A stretch of DNA of 42,707 nucleotides from Jimgerdemannia flammicorona (Eukaryota): NCBI GenBank assembly GCA_003990765.1, contig RBNJ01000086.1:1-42707 (forward strand), written 5' to 3'. Below the pieces are notes generated by a model. The model had not been told where the DNA came from, ran no database searches, and saw only the letters and a program-made list of their open reading frames with translations. Shown here piece after piece: positions 1 to 13,312 of this stretch. How positions within the stretch are numbered: position 1 is the stretch's first letter; the number at the start of each line of letters is the position of its first letter. Both the position numbers and the translations under genes were made by a program.

Positions 1-679
1 AAACGTTCAAGACCACGGACCGCCCTTATTTCAAGTTTTGCCGCCACGAAAAGGATTCAAAGACCGACCGCCGCCATTCGAGACCCGAGACCCAGCCAAG
101 GATTCAAGACACGACCGCCGCGCATTCAGACTGCCATTCGGACCTCCGCGCATTCGGACCGCCATTCGGACCTCCACGCATTCGACCGCCATTCGAGATT
201 CAAGACCCAGAAAACCAAGGAAACTCAAGGATACCAGTACAAGACCCGCCAGTTAGCAAGAACAACCGCCAGGAACCTAATAAGTTAAGACGGACGAGCG
301 AGCCGTCGACCGTTTTCCTGACCTACTGCGCCACGGACCGCTTTAATTGACCACTTAAAGTCAAGACTGTCGCCCACCGAGTTTGCCGCCAAGTTAGCTG
401 CCACCAGGAGACTGAGCCGTGCATTGAACCAGACTAAGGAACCCAAGGATACTTAGCTTAGGAAAGCCAGCCCCGTCGTTATTCAAGTTAACAAGTCAAG
501 ACGGACGAGCGAGCCGTCAACCTCCGTTTTCCTGCTATTATCGCACGAATCGAACGACCTGTCACGTGACCATCAACCCGCGAATGTCACCAACACCTTC
601 AGTTATACATCGCGCGCTTCACCAAGTAGCATACATTGAGCCGTGAAGTCGAAGTTCATTATACATAACCAACACCACA
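1..679 (+). mobile_element. 3' part of an LTR related to the 27736-40315 Gypsy LTRs (3' LTR or solo LTR, truncated by the window edge)
   Basis: Shares the GCCATTCGA/GACCGCC modular repeats, the 'aagtcaagacggacgagcgagccgtcaacctccgttttcc' block, 'gcgcgcttcaccaagt..cattgagcc' and the terminal CACCACA with the reverse complement of 27736-28360. No PBS follows position 679. Confidence 0.8.
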
Positions 680-3084
680 ATATCTTTTGAAAATAAAATT
701 TAATATTTATATTATTAGAATGAGACTTATGGTAGTCTCTGACTAGTCTAATGATTATGAGATACTTTTCAAGCTCTAAAAAGTCTTCCTTATTATGTTT
801 TATTTTTATATTTTATATATTATATATATATATTACTATTTTATATATATTTATATATTACTTATATATTCTCAATTATAAATAGTATTAAGGATATTGT
901 TTTTTCACATAAAAGTCCCTTATTATATAGGTTATTTTAGTCATTCTAGTTTCTTGCATTTCTTTGCATGCATTCCTGCCAATTACTTAGGTTACATCTA
1001 GTGTTGAAATATGCACGAGCAATTTGTGGCTTATATGTAAACGTCATCATTAAACGTCATCAATTAGTAATGCATAGGAACGTGTAACTGTATATCAAAA
1101 AAACATTCCAGCAATCCAGTAATTCGACTACACCACAAATTACCAATGCGTTGACACGCCAGATACAATCAACGTCTTGTGGTTTCATAGTAAGAGAGTG
1201 ACATAAGAGATTTAACGCGCGTGTAATTACCTGCCCTTGATTAATAATTTCATTTGACGTTTAAGGATTCCTTGTGAGCCTTGCAGGTGGCCTGCAATAT
1301 AGAAACGTACGACGGTGAGAAACGCCATGCAAACCTGTCAAGCACCCGTGTTCCCAGGAACGCTATGAGAGAATTATCGAGTACATCTGCCCAAGGCTTG
1401 AAGTCTCGATTAGTTTGCAGTATATACGTCATGCAATTCATGCAATGCGGAATGTTCGGTGGGTTTCGGGTGACGTTGCCTGGTTCGCCAAAAATTCTAA
1501 CTGGCAAACTCCTGGGTTAATCCCAGGTGGTTCGCACAGGTATAAATAGGCTCAGTGATTTGGTACTTTTTCCGCACACAATGAAATGCATAGGCTTCCA
1601 GATTTATACTGGACTGCATGTAGCCCTTTGCATAAGAAGGCTTCCAGGCTTAAAAACCTGAAAGGCAAAATGGGTTCGAAAAAGGAGACCCCGGGCCAAT
1701 GGCGCTCGTTTGTGGCATACGTTCCCAACCTTCTTTAAAATTAGAATTAAACGAAAAAACCCGAAAAACTTATTTTTCAATAGCGGAAGGAAGTTGTATT
1801 TCATCTATTCCTTTGGCCTGCTTGGACCCCAAAATGGATATACGAGCAGTCGCAGTCTAAGCCTCAACAACTTGTCTTCATTGCGCGTTCCAAGTTTTAC
1901 TCCCAAGCCCTCTTCAACGAGAACCAACTCAGGCACTAGTCTACCATCGTCAGTGTATCGCCGAACCCTGGAGATTACCGAAAGCGTTGCGTTCGACGCG
2001 GGAATCCCAACACCACGAGGTTGTCGAAGGGTTGAGGGAGGAATTGGTGGGTCGTAGTGTGTGTGTTTCGGACAGTGGACTTCTATGCCCATAATTGCGG
2101 ATGTATACAGTCCTTCATTCTCTCTCTCATTACTCTACAAGACATCCCGACGGCCCGATTCAGCTGCGCTGGCTTCAGCATCACCGGCTCCAGCATCGAA
2201 CACCTCCCTGCGACGTCGAGGGTAAGAAGGCCGTGCACCTCATTGGCAGTCTCGTCGATAAGAGAGGGTTGGGGTATGGTACGAGGCGGAGGCGGAGGAA
2301 CAGGTACCGTTTTAGATTCGCTTTTGTTTGGCGCGTAGCTTTGTGGGTTTCCAGTCGTTAAATGAATTTCCAATCCTCTTCAGATGGTCGTTTCAGACGT
2401 CAACACTCTTCGCCAATATCTCATGTGGAATGCCAGTCAGAGGAGCCGGGCCACGACGCTTGACAGGTTGCCCTGCGACGCTTCACTTAAGGAATTTACT
2501 AGCAAAAGCATCGCGATAGGATCCGACTATTTTTTCAGACACTCGACCACTCGATGGGTAAAGTGGGCGCGCTCGCGATTTCTTGTGTGCCCTATTTATG
2601 TACTATGGTGGCGGATTTTTATGTGCTGTATGCGTGATTTCTTAAACTTACAGGCCATCTTATCTCATTCCACAGTATTCTTCGGACGCCGTCATGGTCT
2701 TCGAACGTAGTGATGGGTGTTTCTACTCTTATGCGGAGGTGCCGCGCCATCCAGCCTGAGCGGGGCCACGACGCCTCCGCCGAGGCCGTCGCCGTCGAAG
2801 AGCTTAAGGAGCGCCGCGACTAGGCTTAATATACTGGCTGTCGGGAACGGGTCCGGATCGTGGAGGCGGCGAGGAGGGTGGTGGTGGGTATTTATTTACT
2901 TTTTCCATCTTTGTAGTTGGAGGGGGGGGGGGCATACCTCTACATAATTGGCCTCCAGATTTCGGGAATGGTCAATTAATATATGGATGAGCACGGACCT
3001 AACGTCCACGTGGGGTGCGTGGAAATATTTTTTGCCGCAGTGTTGACACGTATATACGTATATACGTAACTTCATTATACAACA

Positions 3085-4584
3085 ATGGTGCAAACTCATG
3101 AGAGCTACTATTTCAGAGGTATTCACCGGATCACTCTAGTTTTATGACATCCCGAGATTCGTTTTCACCCTTTCTTGCCAAAACATCTAGTCGTCATTGT
3201 GGGAGGTGGGCTCGCCGGAATCGTGACTGCTTTGGCAATAGTAGACAAGGTGCGTGGTTCACAGTGCTCCATTTTCAATACGTACTCTTCAGAATCTTCC
3301 GCTTAATCATTCTGTGTATTATGTAGGATGAGAGATCATCTGTTCTGGTGGTAGACAATTCCGACAACACGAAGTTTAAGGTTGCGTTGCATAAAAATTG
3401 TGATCTAAACTACGCATATTTCTGTTTCTCACACTCCAACCTAACTGATCGTCATCATAACATGGATGTTTCTAGATTGGGGAATCCCTCCCACCCGAAG
3501 CACGACTTGCGCTTACTGCCGTGGGAAAGCCAGACCTCGCCTTCACCTTCAAGGATCTGGTGGCGCGAACATATCAGCTGTTCGGCGAACGCCTCCTGCT
3601 GGGGATCTCCGCACTTGCACGAACGAGACTCCATCATGAACCCGTACGGCGAGGGCTGGCACCTAGATCGCGCCAGGTTTGACCAGTTTATGCGCGACTG
3701 GTGGGGCAAGTCAACCATGTCTGGTGTGAGGGAGTTGTGGGAGAAAACTACATTTCAATCGGCGGAGAAGGATGCAGATGGGAGATGGATTGTGACCGTA
3801 CGGAGGACAGAATCGGATGGAGACCATGAAGTGGTGACGGTTGGATGCGATTGGCTGATTGACGCGTCAGGAAGGAGGGCTTGCATGGCCCGCAAGGTGA
3901 GAGACCCACGTTTGCATCCTCTGCTCGTTTAAATTTGGTTATGAATTACGAAATCCGAACCATTCGTATTCTAACAAACTAATAGGAAGGTCAAGACCCC
4001 GCAAAACACGATCAATTGTTGGCCTTTTACGCCGTCTTCGAATCGTCTCCCAACCATCCTAACAATCCCGATCGCGACAACCGCACCATTGTCGAGTCCT
4101 GCAGAGATGGTTGGTGGTACACTTCGCTTCTCCCTGGCAACCGCCGCGTGGTGGCTTCCACACGGACGCCAACGATCCGATCGCCAAGTTCGCGCGCCGG
4201 CACGATGAATTTCTATCGCTACTGCACAAGTACGCCCTCCAAATCCGAACGATCGTCGAGCAGCATGGGTATGTCATCGCCGACCGCCAAGGGTTCCCGC
4301 GGTGCACGGCTGCACACGGGGCCAGGCTGCCGAAATTCTTCGACGAGAGGAGGCAGTAGGCCGCGGTTGGGGACAGTGCCATGGCGTTCGACCCGCTTTC
4401 GTCACAGGGGATGATCACAGCGCTGCAAAGCGGGGCGGTGCTGGGACGCACGCTCTCTGCAGGGATGGAGGAGTATGGGAATTTTATGGAGAATGTATGG
4501 GAAAGGTATATCGAGGGTGCTCACTATTATTATGGCAAGGAGCGTCGATGGCCAGAGAGTGCCTTTTGGATGGCGCGACACTAG
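3085..4584 (+). pseudogene. FAD-dependent oxidoreductase of the LodB/GoxB (tryptophan-halogenase-like) family, 5 exons, disrupted
   Basis: Exons ~3085-3118, 3191-3249, 3327-3380, 3476-3896 and 3986-4584 with GT-AG introns. They give MVQTHESYYFRVVIVGGGLAG (GxGxxG), IGESLPPE, WGS..DSIMNPYGEGWHLDRARFD, DASGR, TIVESCRDGWWY, GDSAMAFDPLSSQG and a C-terminal YYGKERRWPESAFW. There are frameshifts near 3566 and 4155 and an in-frame TAG at 4357-4359, probably from TGG. Confidence 0.85.
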
Positions 4585-5957
4585 GTGTAACAGCTGAAGA
4601 AATGTTTGAGGTGTGGAAACGCGGAATATCTGGAATGTAATATTGCCATTGAAAATAAACTCCGCGCCTAAATTGTCATCATTCTTATTCAAGTGGTGTG
4701 GTTCGTATCATACAATGGAACAATTTGTCCCTTTGGTAAGAGGTTAAAAAGCACTGACAAAATAGAAAGAAAAATTCTACAATCAGGCTCACATACCGAT
4801 AGCAACACAAACCCGGCCGGCCATATTGTATTTCAGGAATCTTTTTCCATATTGGTGTTTTGATTCACTGGTTTGCGAGAGGAGAAAATTTTACGCGGGT
4901 TTTTTCTTCCATCCCAATGGGATGGACTGTGTTTGTCGAATACCGAAATCCATCGGTATTATTTGAGTCCCATGCTCCCACATTGCCAACGCTTAATAAT
5001 CACAGATTTTGTAATATGATCTCTTTTCAATATTTCCTTTGCACTAATTCCCAGAAAAATAAGGATCTGCAATGTAATGGGATCTTACATTTGAGATTTT
5101 AACAGTTACAAACTTATATTTCAACCTTATGCGTAATTATTACATCACAATTTATCTTGGGACCTGAAAATTATGGGTCGGCCAAGGCTGATTAAACTTT
5201 CATACATACTCTATTTCAACAACCAAAGTCCAAATTGACAGGTATGCGCTCGAACTCTATGATTATACACGACGAAAAAATCGTTCGCGAGCCATATTAT
5301 TGACTATATCTAACACTCCTTTCTGGCTTAATACTAATAGGCCGCATACTACCAGGACCTATCCGGCAAGGTCGTATAACTGTCGTTTATATTCGGAGAA
5401 CGTGTCGACAAGCGTACTAACTAATATATGTGTTATTAACGTACCCTTGGACCGTCTGTTCTATATTCTTCTCGGACACGAATTCACTCCAGTGTCCACG
5501 TCCGAGCGACAAAATCTGCCCAGGTCGTTAATTTCAAGCATCTATGGTGGGCATGAAATAATCTATTACCACGATTCATGTTTATATATAGAAATAAAAA
5601 ATGAAGTGGCGGACAGAACCGAACAACCCTGGAGCTTGGGATCCTTGTTGGGTTGTGGGCTTGTATATGTTCCCCTCTCACGGGGCACTTGGGACTGTTG
5701 CCAATCGTGTGTGGCACTTCTGGAATAGTAATACGGCACTCATTTTTAATTTGACCAAGGCAGCCTAATTAATTGCATGATGGCCCCGAATCCTTCCAAA
5801 GATGGGAAGGAAGCGATGTCAACACAACTACATATAGATGACGAAAGAAATATAATTTAAGAATCGCGTAATATTGACAGGAAATGACTCATTGTGAGAA
5901 TATAAACTCTCGAATGTTCATTTCCATGCGAGTGTTCGCAACCCTCTTTCCGACTCA

Positions 5958-6737
5958 ATGACATCTCCCGAAAATACCTTCAACCTCGACTTCTTCGCAT
6001 CCCAGCTACCAGATATCGAAAAGGAGCCCGAGCTCATTCATTTCACTGTCTGTGGCGAGGCCTTCACCCTCAACCCAAAGTACCTCCCCGATGTTCCCCA
6101 CTTGCAAACCCTCGTTTCAACACGCCTCCCTGTCAACACGGACAGCTCGGGTGTCCTTACCCTTGACTCCGGCCCAGATGGTTCCATCAAACCAGCGGAC
6201 GTCCGCCTCATCCTCCGTTACGCCGAGAGTCACGAACCACGCCACCTTTTTGCCAAGCTGCCTTCTGGCTCGGGAACGGACGCTTTGCGTCTCGTTCGCC
6301 TCTGGGACTATCTCTGCGCGCCGAGCCCAGACCTTTCCCTCGCCAGTCTCCACGAACGCCTCACTGCTGTGAAGAATTTCCTGCCTTTAGATGACGTGCG
6401 CGATGAAGCGCGCAATGCTGCCGTGGATCTGGTGCTGGGGTTGGTGCGCAAGGAGTACGATGTCGAGGAAGTAAGCATCCGCAACAACCTATTTAACAAG
6501 GTGCGCTTCGTGGTTTCACACCCAGCAACATTCAAACGCAGGATGCGCCGCCACGTCTACAACGCCTTCACCAGCTCGGTCAGATGGTCGAGGAAGCAAA
6601 TTGCACAGTTGGATACCTGGTTAAAGAACACATCATGGAGCGACGGCAGTGATTCTTGCTCGGACTCAACGTCTGAGGACGAAGTTAAATCATACTACGA
6701 TTCTGACGACGATTTCTGGGGTGATTGTTGTTCTTAG
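5958..6737 (+). CDS. Intronless hypothetical protein, 259 aa, with BTB/POZ-like N-terminus and acidic C-terminal tail
   Basis: Clean ATG-TAG ORF with C-ending codon bias and TATAAA at ~5901. The N-terminal IHFTVCGEAFTL..YLPDVPHLQTLV..LTLD..VRLILRYAE resembles the BTB pattern. The tail is Ser/Asp-rich. Confidence 0.8.
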   Translation: MTSPENTFNLDFFASQLPDIEKEPELIHFTVCGEAFTLNPKYLPDVPHLQTLVSTRLPVNTDSSGVLTLDSGPDGSIKPADVRLILRYAESHEPRHLFAKLPSGSGTDALRLVRLWDYLCAPSPDLSLASLHERLTAVKNFLPLDDVRDEARNAAVDLVLGLVRKEYDVEEVSIRNNLFNKVRFVVSHPATFKRRMRRHVYNAFTSSVRWSRKQIAQLDTWLKNTSWSDGSDSCSDSTSEDEVKSYYDSDDDFWGDCCS

Positions 6738-7984
6738 ATTTTAAATTGTAGATATCTACAGTGAAGTTGGCGTTCACGATGATGGAATTTTAAACAAAAA
6801 GACTTCGGTTCCAAAGCTAGTTAATTTTACTCGCAGTTCATTTTTCATGATAGCCACGATGTATATACGCAAATGAAAAACATTCTTTACAGGCATAGTC
6901 GAGAGCAAAATCAAACCACCAGAAATTACCGAATGAACAAACATCGAGCTGGCCAATTATAGACTACAAATCGCAAAGAACTACCCACACCAAGGTTGTC
7001 GATGACGACGTCCTGTCAAGCCAACTAAAGACGTGCGAGCAGAGGAGGTTTGCGTGCCACTGTTGGCACCATACAGCTCGAGGGCCGTATCCATGGAACC
7101 ACATATTACACACAAAAATGATAAAGCTTCTTTTCTACAAACCAAATTCTCCGATGGCCAGCCAGTTGACGCGGACACTTTTCGGGCGCGTGTGACACTT
7201 ACGAGTTTCGAAAAATTGCTTGGAATCATAGTCAACTCTTCAAAAGGAGCACGATACCCATCCCTACGCGTCCTACGCGTTCTATGCGTACGGCCCACAC
7301 CGCCCACTCATTTGGATGATAATGTGTGTTGGGGGAAAGCAAAATATGTATTGGTCGAGGCCTGAGAATGAACCTATTTGCATGGGACACCTTGATTGCA
7401 CGCGTTCTTAATCTGAAGAACCGAAATCCAAAATCCGTCATTATTATTTTTGCTATTTATACAAGCTCTTGTTACAAGTACTGTGACACACGCAAGAGCG
7501 CCACGTAATCGTAGAGAAGGGCCTCGAGGACCGTTCGGATTGCGTGCGGTTTCTAAGGGCCTTCGCACAATCTTAAATTCGACGCGTCAACCAATCACGT
7601 GCCTTAAAGTTCGCATGTATGGAGTTTGAAACCGAGGTTCATCCGCCGCGCTGCGTGGGCTACCTTTTGTCACGTCTACCCAAACATAACGATTATTTTT
7701 CCATCTTAATTCCGGAGGTGCGTTTTGGGAATAGTTGAGGTTTCGTTATTTTTCGCTGAATGAAATCAATCGATATTTCGTAGGGGATCGGCATAGTAAA
7801 GTCATCCTTTATTATTATTATTATTTTCAACATCCTGCTGAGATATGCCAGGTCGACACGTCGTTCCAAAAATCACTTGCCAAGTCGATTTATCTTCCGA
7901 TTGAACGAATAAATATTATTTATTTGCAAACAAATAGGTTTGATCTACGACACTATTTCCTACACGCACATCCGTTGTCCACAT

Positions 7985-10133
<2,149 letters not shown>

Positions 10134-10233
10134 TTTGGAACTCGTAAAGATGTGCCGGTTTGGATATTGGTTCGAAGACAAAACGCAAGGGCATATATAC
10201 ACGTCGACGTTCTTTCAGCACGTTGTGAAGCTC

Positions 10234-10262
10234 CTTTTTTTTTTTTTTTTTTTTTTTTTTTT
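10234..10262. repeat. Poly(T) tract upstream of the carboxylesterase
   Basis: About 29 consecutive T, ~100 nt upstream of the ATG at 10133. Confidence 0.85.
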
Positions 10263-12003
10263 GTGAATCATAATTAGGCTTCGAAACGCATTATAATATA
10301 TTGGACCAGACGAGATTTCCGGCTCCGATTGAGCGACGTTACGTTGTTTCAACTTTAATTGCTACTTATGTTACCGCTAGGGGCGTCACAATGCCTCATG
10401 TGCTCAACTATGCCTATAGAGATGTGTTTAATTGTTCGTTTGTGAATCGTCATGACCCAGGCAACTTGAGGAGCAAAGCCTCCAACTCCGGGGAACGCGG
10501 AACATAATTATTTATAGTAAAGTTTGTGCATCCGATCTTCAGCCTTGATATAGAAAAGATTGCTGTTCCGTTTCTTTCAGTCAGCGATCTCTATCGAGTG
10601 GTTGCCGGGTCAAGTCGGTCCACTCACCCGAGTAAGATACCCTGGGTCGGGTTTCTTGTGTAGCCCGACCTGACCGCGACAGACCCGTGTCAAAAACAAG
10701 TCATAGAATTTTTACCACCACTCCCCAAAACGCAGCCCCCAGAATTATTCTCTCTATACCGATGCTCGTGATGGCATATATATGAGGTTAAAGCGATATT
10801 CTCTCGCACTATGACCGCCGAGTTCAGATATTCAGCGTCGGAGGAGATGGGGCTATGAAAATACAGGTGTCATCGCTAGTCTGCGCTTCATAATCATTCT
10901 ATGCTTACTCATCGTTCTGGACTTAGTCGTCGTTCTGTGTTTTAGTCGACCGTCCATTGTCCATCCTCCAACTCGTTAGCTTTAGTAGTAAATATGTTGT
11001 TATTTTATAATAATGAGAATTAAGATAGATTTATAGGCAAGCTGAATTTGGAGACACACATGCATTGAGAATATTAGAATCTACACCCCTACGAAACTAG
11101 GAACATCTGCATCGGGGCCATTGTGCATCCTGACTGACACTCTATATTGTCATCTGGGAATGACAAAATTTTTTCATGATGTGACCCGAGCTTTTGTTGA
11201 AAATCCGAGGGACTTAGTCAATTAGGCTTGGCTTACATAATAAATATTATACTACAGTTATATATATCCTTCTCAAATATTCATTGCACCAATGACAATG
11301 AATGATGGATGACCCTTTTTCAATATCTACATCAGAGCTAAGGTTAATATTAAAATTATTTTCAATAATATCTTTAACTGTTTTTTTTTTTTTAAAAAAA
11401 AAAATCAGTTTAGTATTTTTTCAACCAATTTTCCAAACTTTAGAAGTAACTTTTTGAAATCTTTATTTAATATGAATTTTAACTAAATGAAAATCTTTTA
11501 ATATTTGTAATATAATTTTTAGTTAATCTTGTTTAATCAATATAAGCTTTGAAGAAAATCTATATCTTTAACTCAAATTTACCTATATATATATCTCAGA
11601 GAGATAGAAATATTCTATTATTTAAAGATAGAGATCAATCTAATCTGATGACTTATAGAGTATATATAGTTCTTAATGAGTATAGAATAATATATAGTAT
11701 AATCTTTTTACAAACTTATAAATAATAGTCTAAATAGTATAATACATAGTAGATAAACTATTGTAACAGTGACCCCAGAATGATGACATCAGTACAGAAG
11801 ACAGCCTTTTCTTGCAAGCCATCAGATCAGAACACAAGAAGATCATACAGCATACAAGATGAGCAATGATGACTAACTGTGAGTCATTGTGACCACAGTA
11901 CAAGCATCCTGAAGAATATAAAAAAAGGATCAAGGAACTGTAGTAGCAGCAATCAACAAGAATCACCAATTCCAAATTAGTTCAAAGACTTACCACAAAT
12001 GAA

Positions 12004-13272
12004 ATGCCTACTGCCTGCCAAACCTCAAGATCAAGGAACCACCAAGGTATCTCAGTCGAAGAAAGAATGTTCCAAGATATCAGAAGAGCCATGAGGACCC
12101 ACTCAAGAAGAACTCCTAGTATCAACCTGGGTACTACAGACCTCTATCACTTTATCCTCTACCACTATGAAATGGAAACAAGAATCACCATTGCTACCGA
12201 ATGCCTCTAAATGTGGCAGGAGTACAAAATAGGAAACCTCCTTGGCTGGGAGTTCCCACAGGCCAGCACTTAAGAGCTACACGATACCACTCCCATGGAC
12301 ATACATGAGATAAGAATGGCCAAGAAGATCCATCAGATCTTCAGGCATATATCATAGTCAATTCTAGTGCTCTCAAACAAGTCAAATCAATTTGAATTAA
12401 ATCAAATTGAGGGTTAAATGAGTCGAATCAAATTGGGGATTTTTCAATTCAAATCAATTTGAATTGAATCAAAAGTCAAATCAAATTGAGGGTCTAATTC
12501 AAACCCTAATTTTCAAAATGCAATAACTCAGCATAAACTCATCCAAATCTAACATACTTTAGCTTGTTAGAATTACATTAATACGGTGAATCTAACAAGC
12601 TAAAATATGTTAAATTTGGATGAGTTTTCATTGAGTTATTACATTTTGAAAATTAAGGTTCAAATCTAACTTCGAATCGAATTGGACCTTTGATTCGATT
12701 TGAATTGAATCAAATTGGACCCTTGATTCAATCAAATCGAATTGAGTTTGGGCCAAATTCGATTTGATTCAATTCATTGGGAGTACTAGTCAATCCCCAA
12801 CTTGGAGTATGTCAGAGTCTCAGATTTCAGAGACCTATCATCCTACCATATCAATGCACTAGAAGCCAGGGTGGCCACAGAAGCTCAGTCCACTATCACT
12901 CTCAACAGTAATGAAGTAGAAGACTTCTGACATCCTATCCTTTAGGACAACCTAGACCAATTCCTACAAGGATTGATCTCAGTATTTCAAGGCCCAAGTA
13001 TCTAGGTTAAATCTCTCCAAGATCCCACATTTGTCCCCTACTTTGTGGAAGAGAATCTCATAGACTGGAGAGCTCCAGATCTTGTTCCCAATTTCCCTAC
13101 CACCGAATGTGATGACATCATTGGCGATGACATCATCCCATATGACATCAAAGTACATGAAACACATGAAGTACACAAAACATGCAACCTACATGATGAA
13201 TTCACAGATCTCATCTCTTTTAGTGATGATGATGATGATGAAGCCTCCATAATCCTGAACTTTCTGCTCTAA
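12004..13272 (+). pseudogene. LTR-embedded accessory ORF, family 2, copy A (~278 codons after removing the MITE)
   Basis: Runs from MPTACQTSRSRNHQG to EASIILNFLL*. Matches 24743-23946. Has transition-derived stops and is split by the MITE at 12365-12788. Confidence 0.8.
12365..12788. mobile_element. Non-autonomous hAT-type MITE, copy 1
   Basis: Terminal inverted repeats TAGTGCTCTCAA..TTGGGAGTACTA. 8-bp TSD GTCAATTC/GTCAATCC. Dense GAATC/GATTC subterminal repeats and an internal hairpin at ~12500-12660. The site is empty in LTR copy B. Confidence 0.88.
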
Positions 13273-13312
13273 GTTCTTTGTTATACTGAATAATGCCAGC
13301 ACCAGTATTCTC

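Noticed and set aside
50-210. Short repeated units suggesting a CRISPR array (also 12380-12780 and 28150-28350)
   Set aside because: There are no constant repeats with unique spacers and no cas genes. The context is eukaryotic and the units belong to LTRs or MITEs.
1800-2900. GC-rich patches with coding-like composition, considered as a decayed lodA partner (TDDGRLV, DGPI)
   Set aside because: The matches are 4-6 residues on opposite strands, with no IHPxIGIARVGNS or other LodA block and no consistent exon chain. It may be an unidentified gene remnant.
6980-7570. Overlapping short ORFs between the BTB-like gene and the esterase
   Set aside because: No recognisable motifs, codon bias or splice structure.
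10600-10690. GGGTC/ACCCG motifs resembling hAT subterminal repeats
   Set aside because: No terminal inverted repeats or TSD could be defined.
11376-11410. T13-A11 near-palindrome
   Set aside because: Low complexity within decayed AT-rich sequence; no supporting structure.
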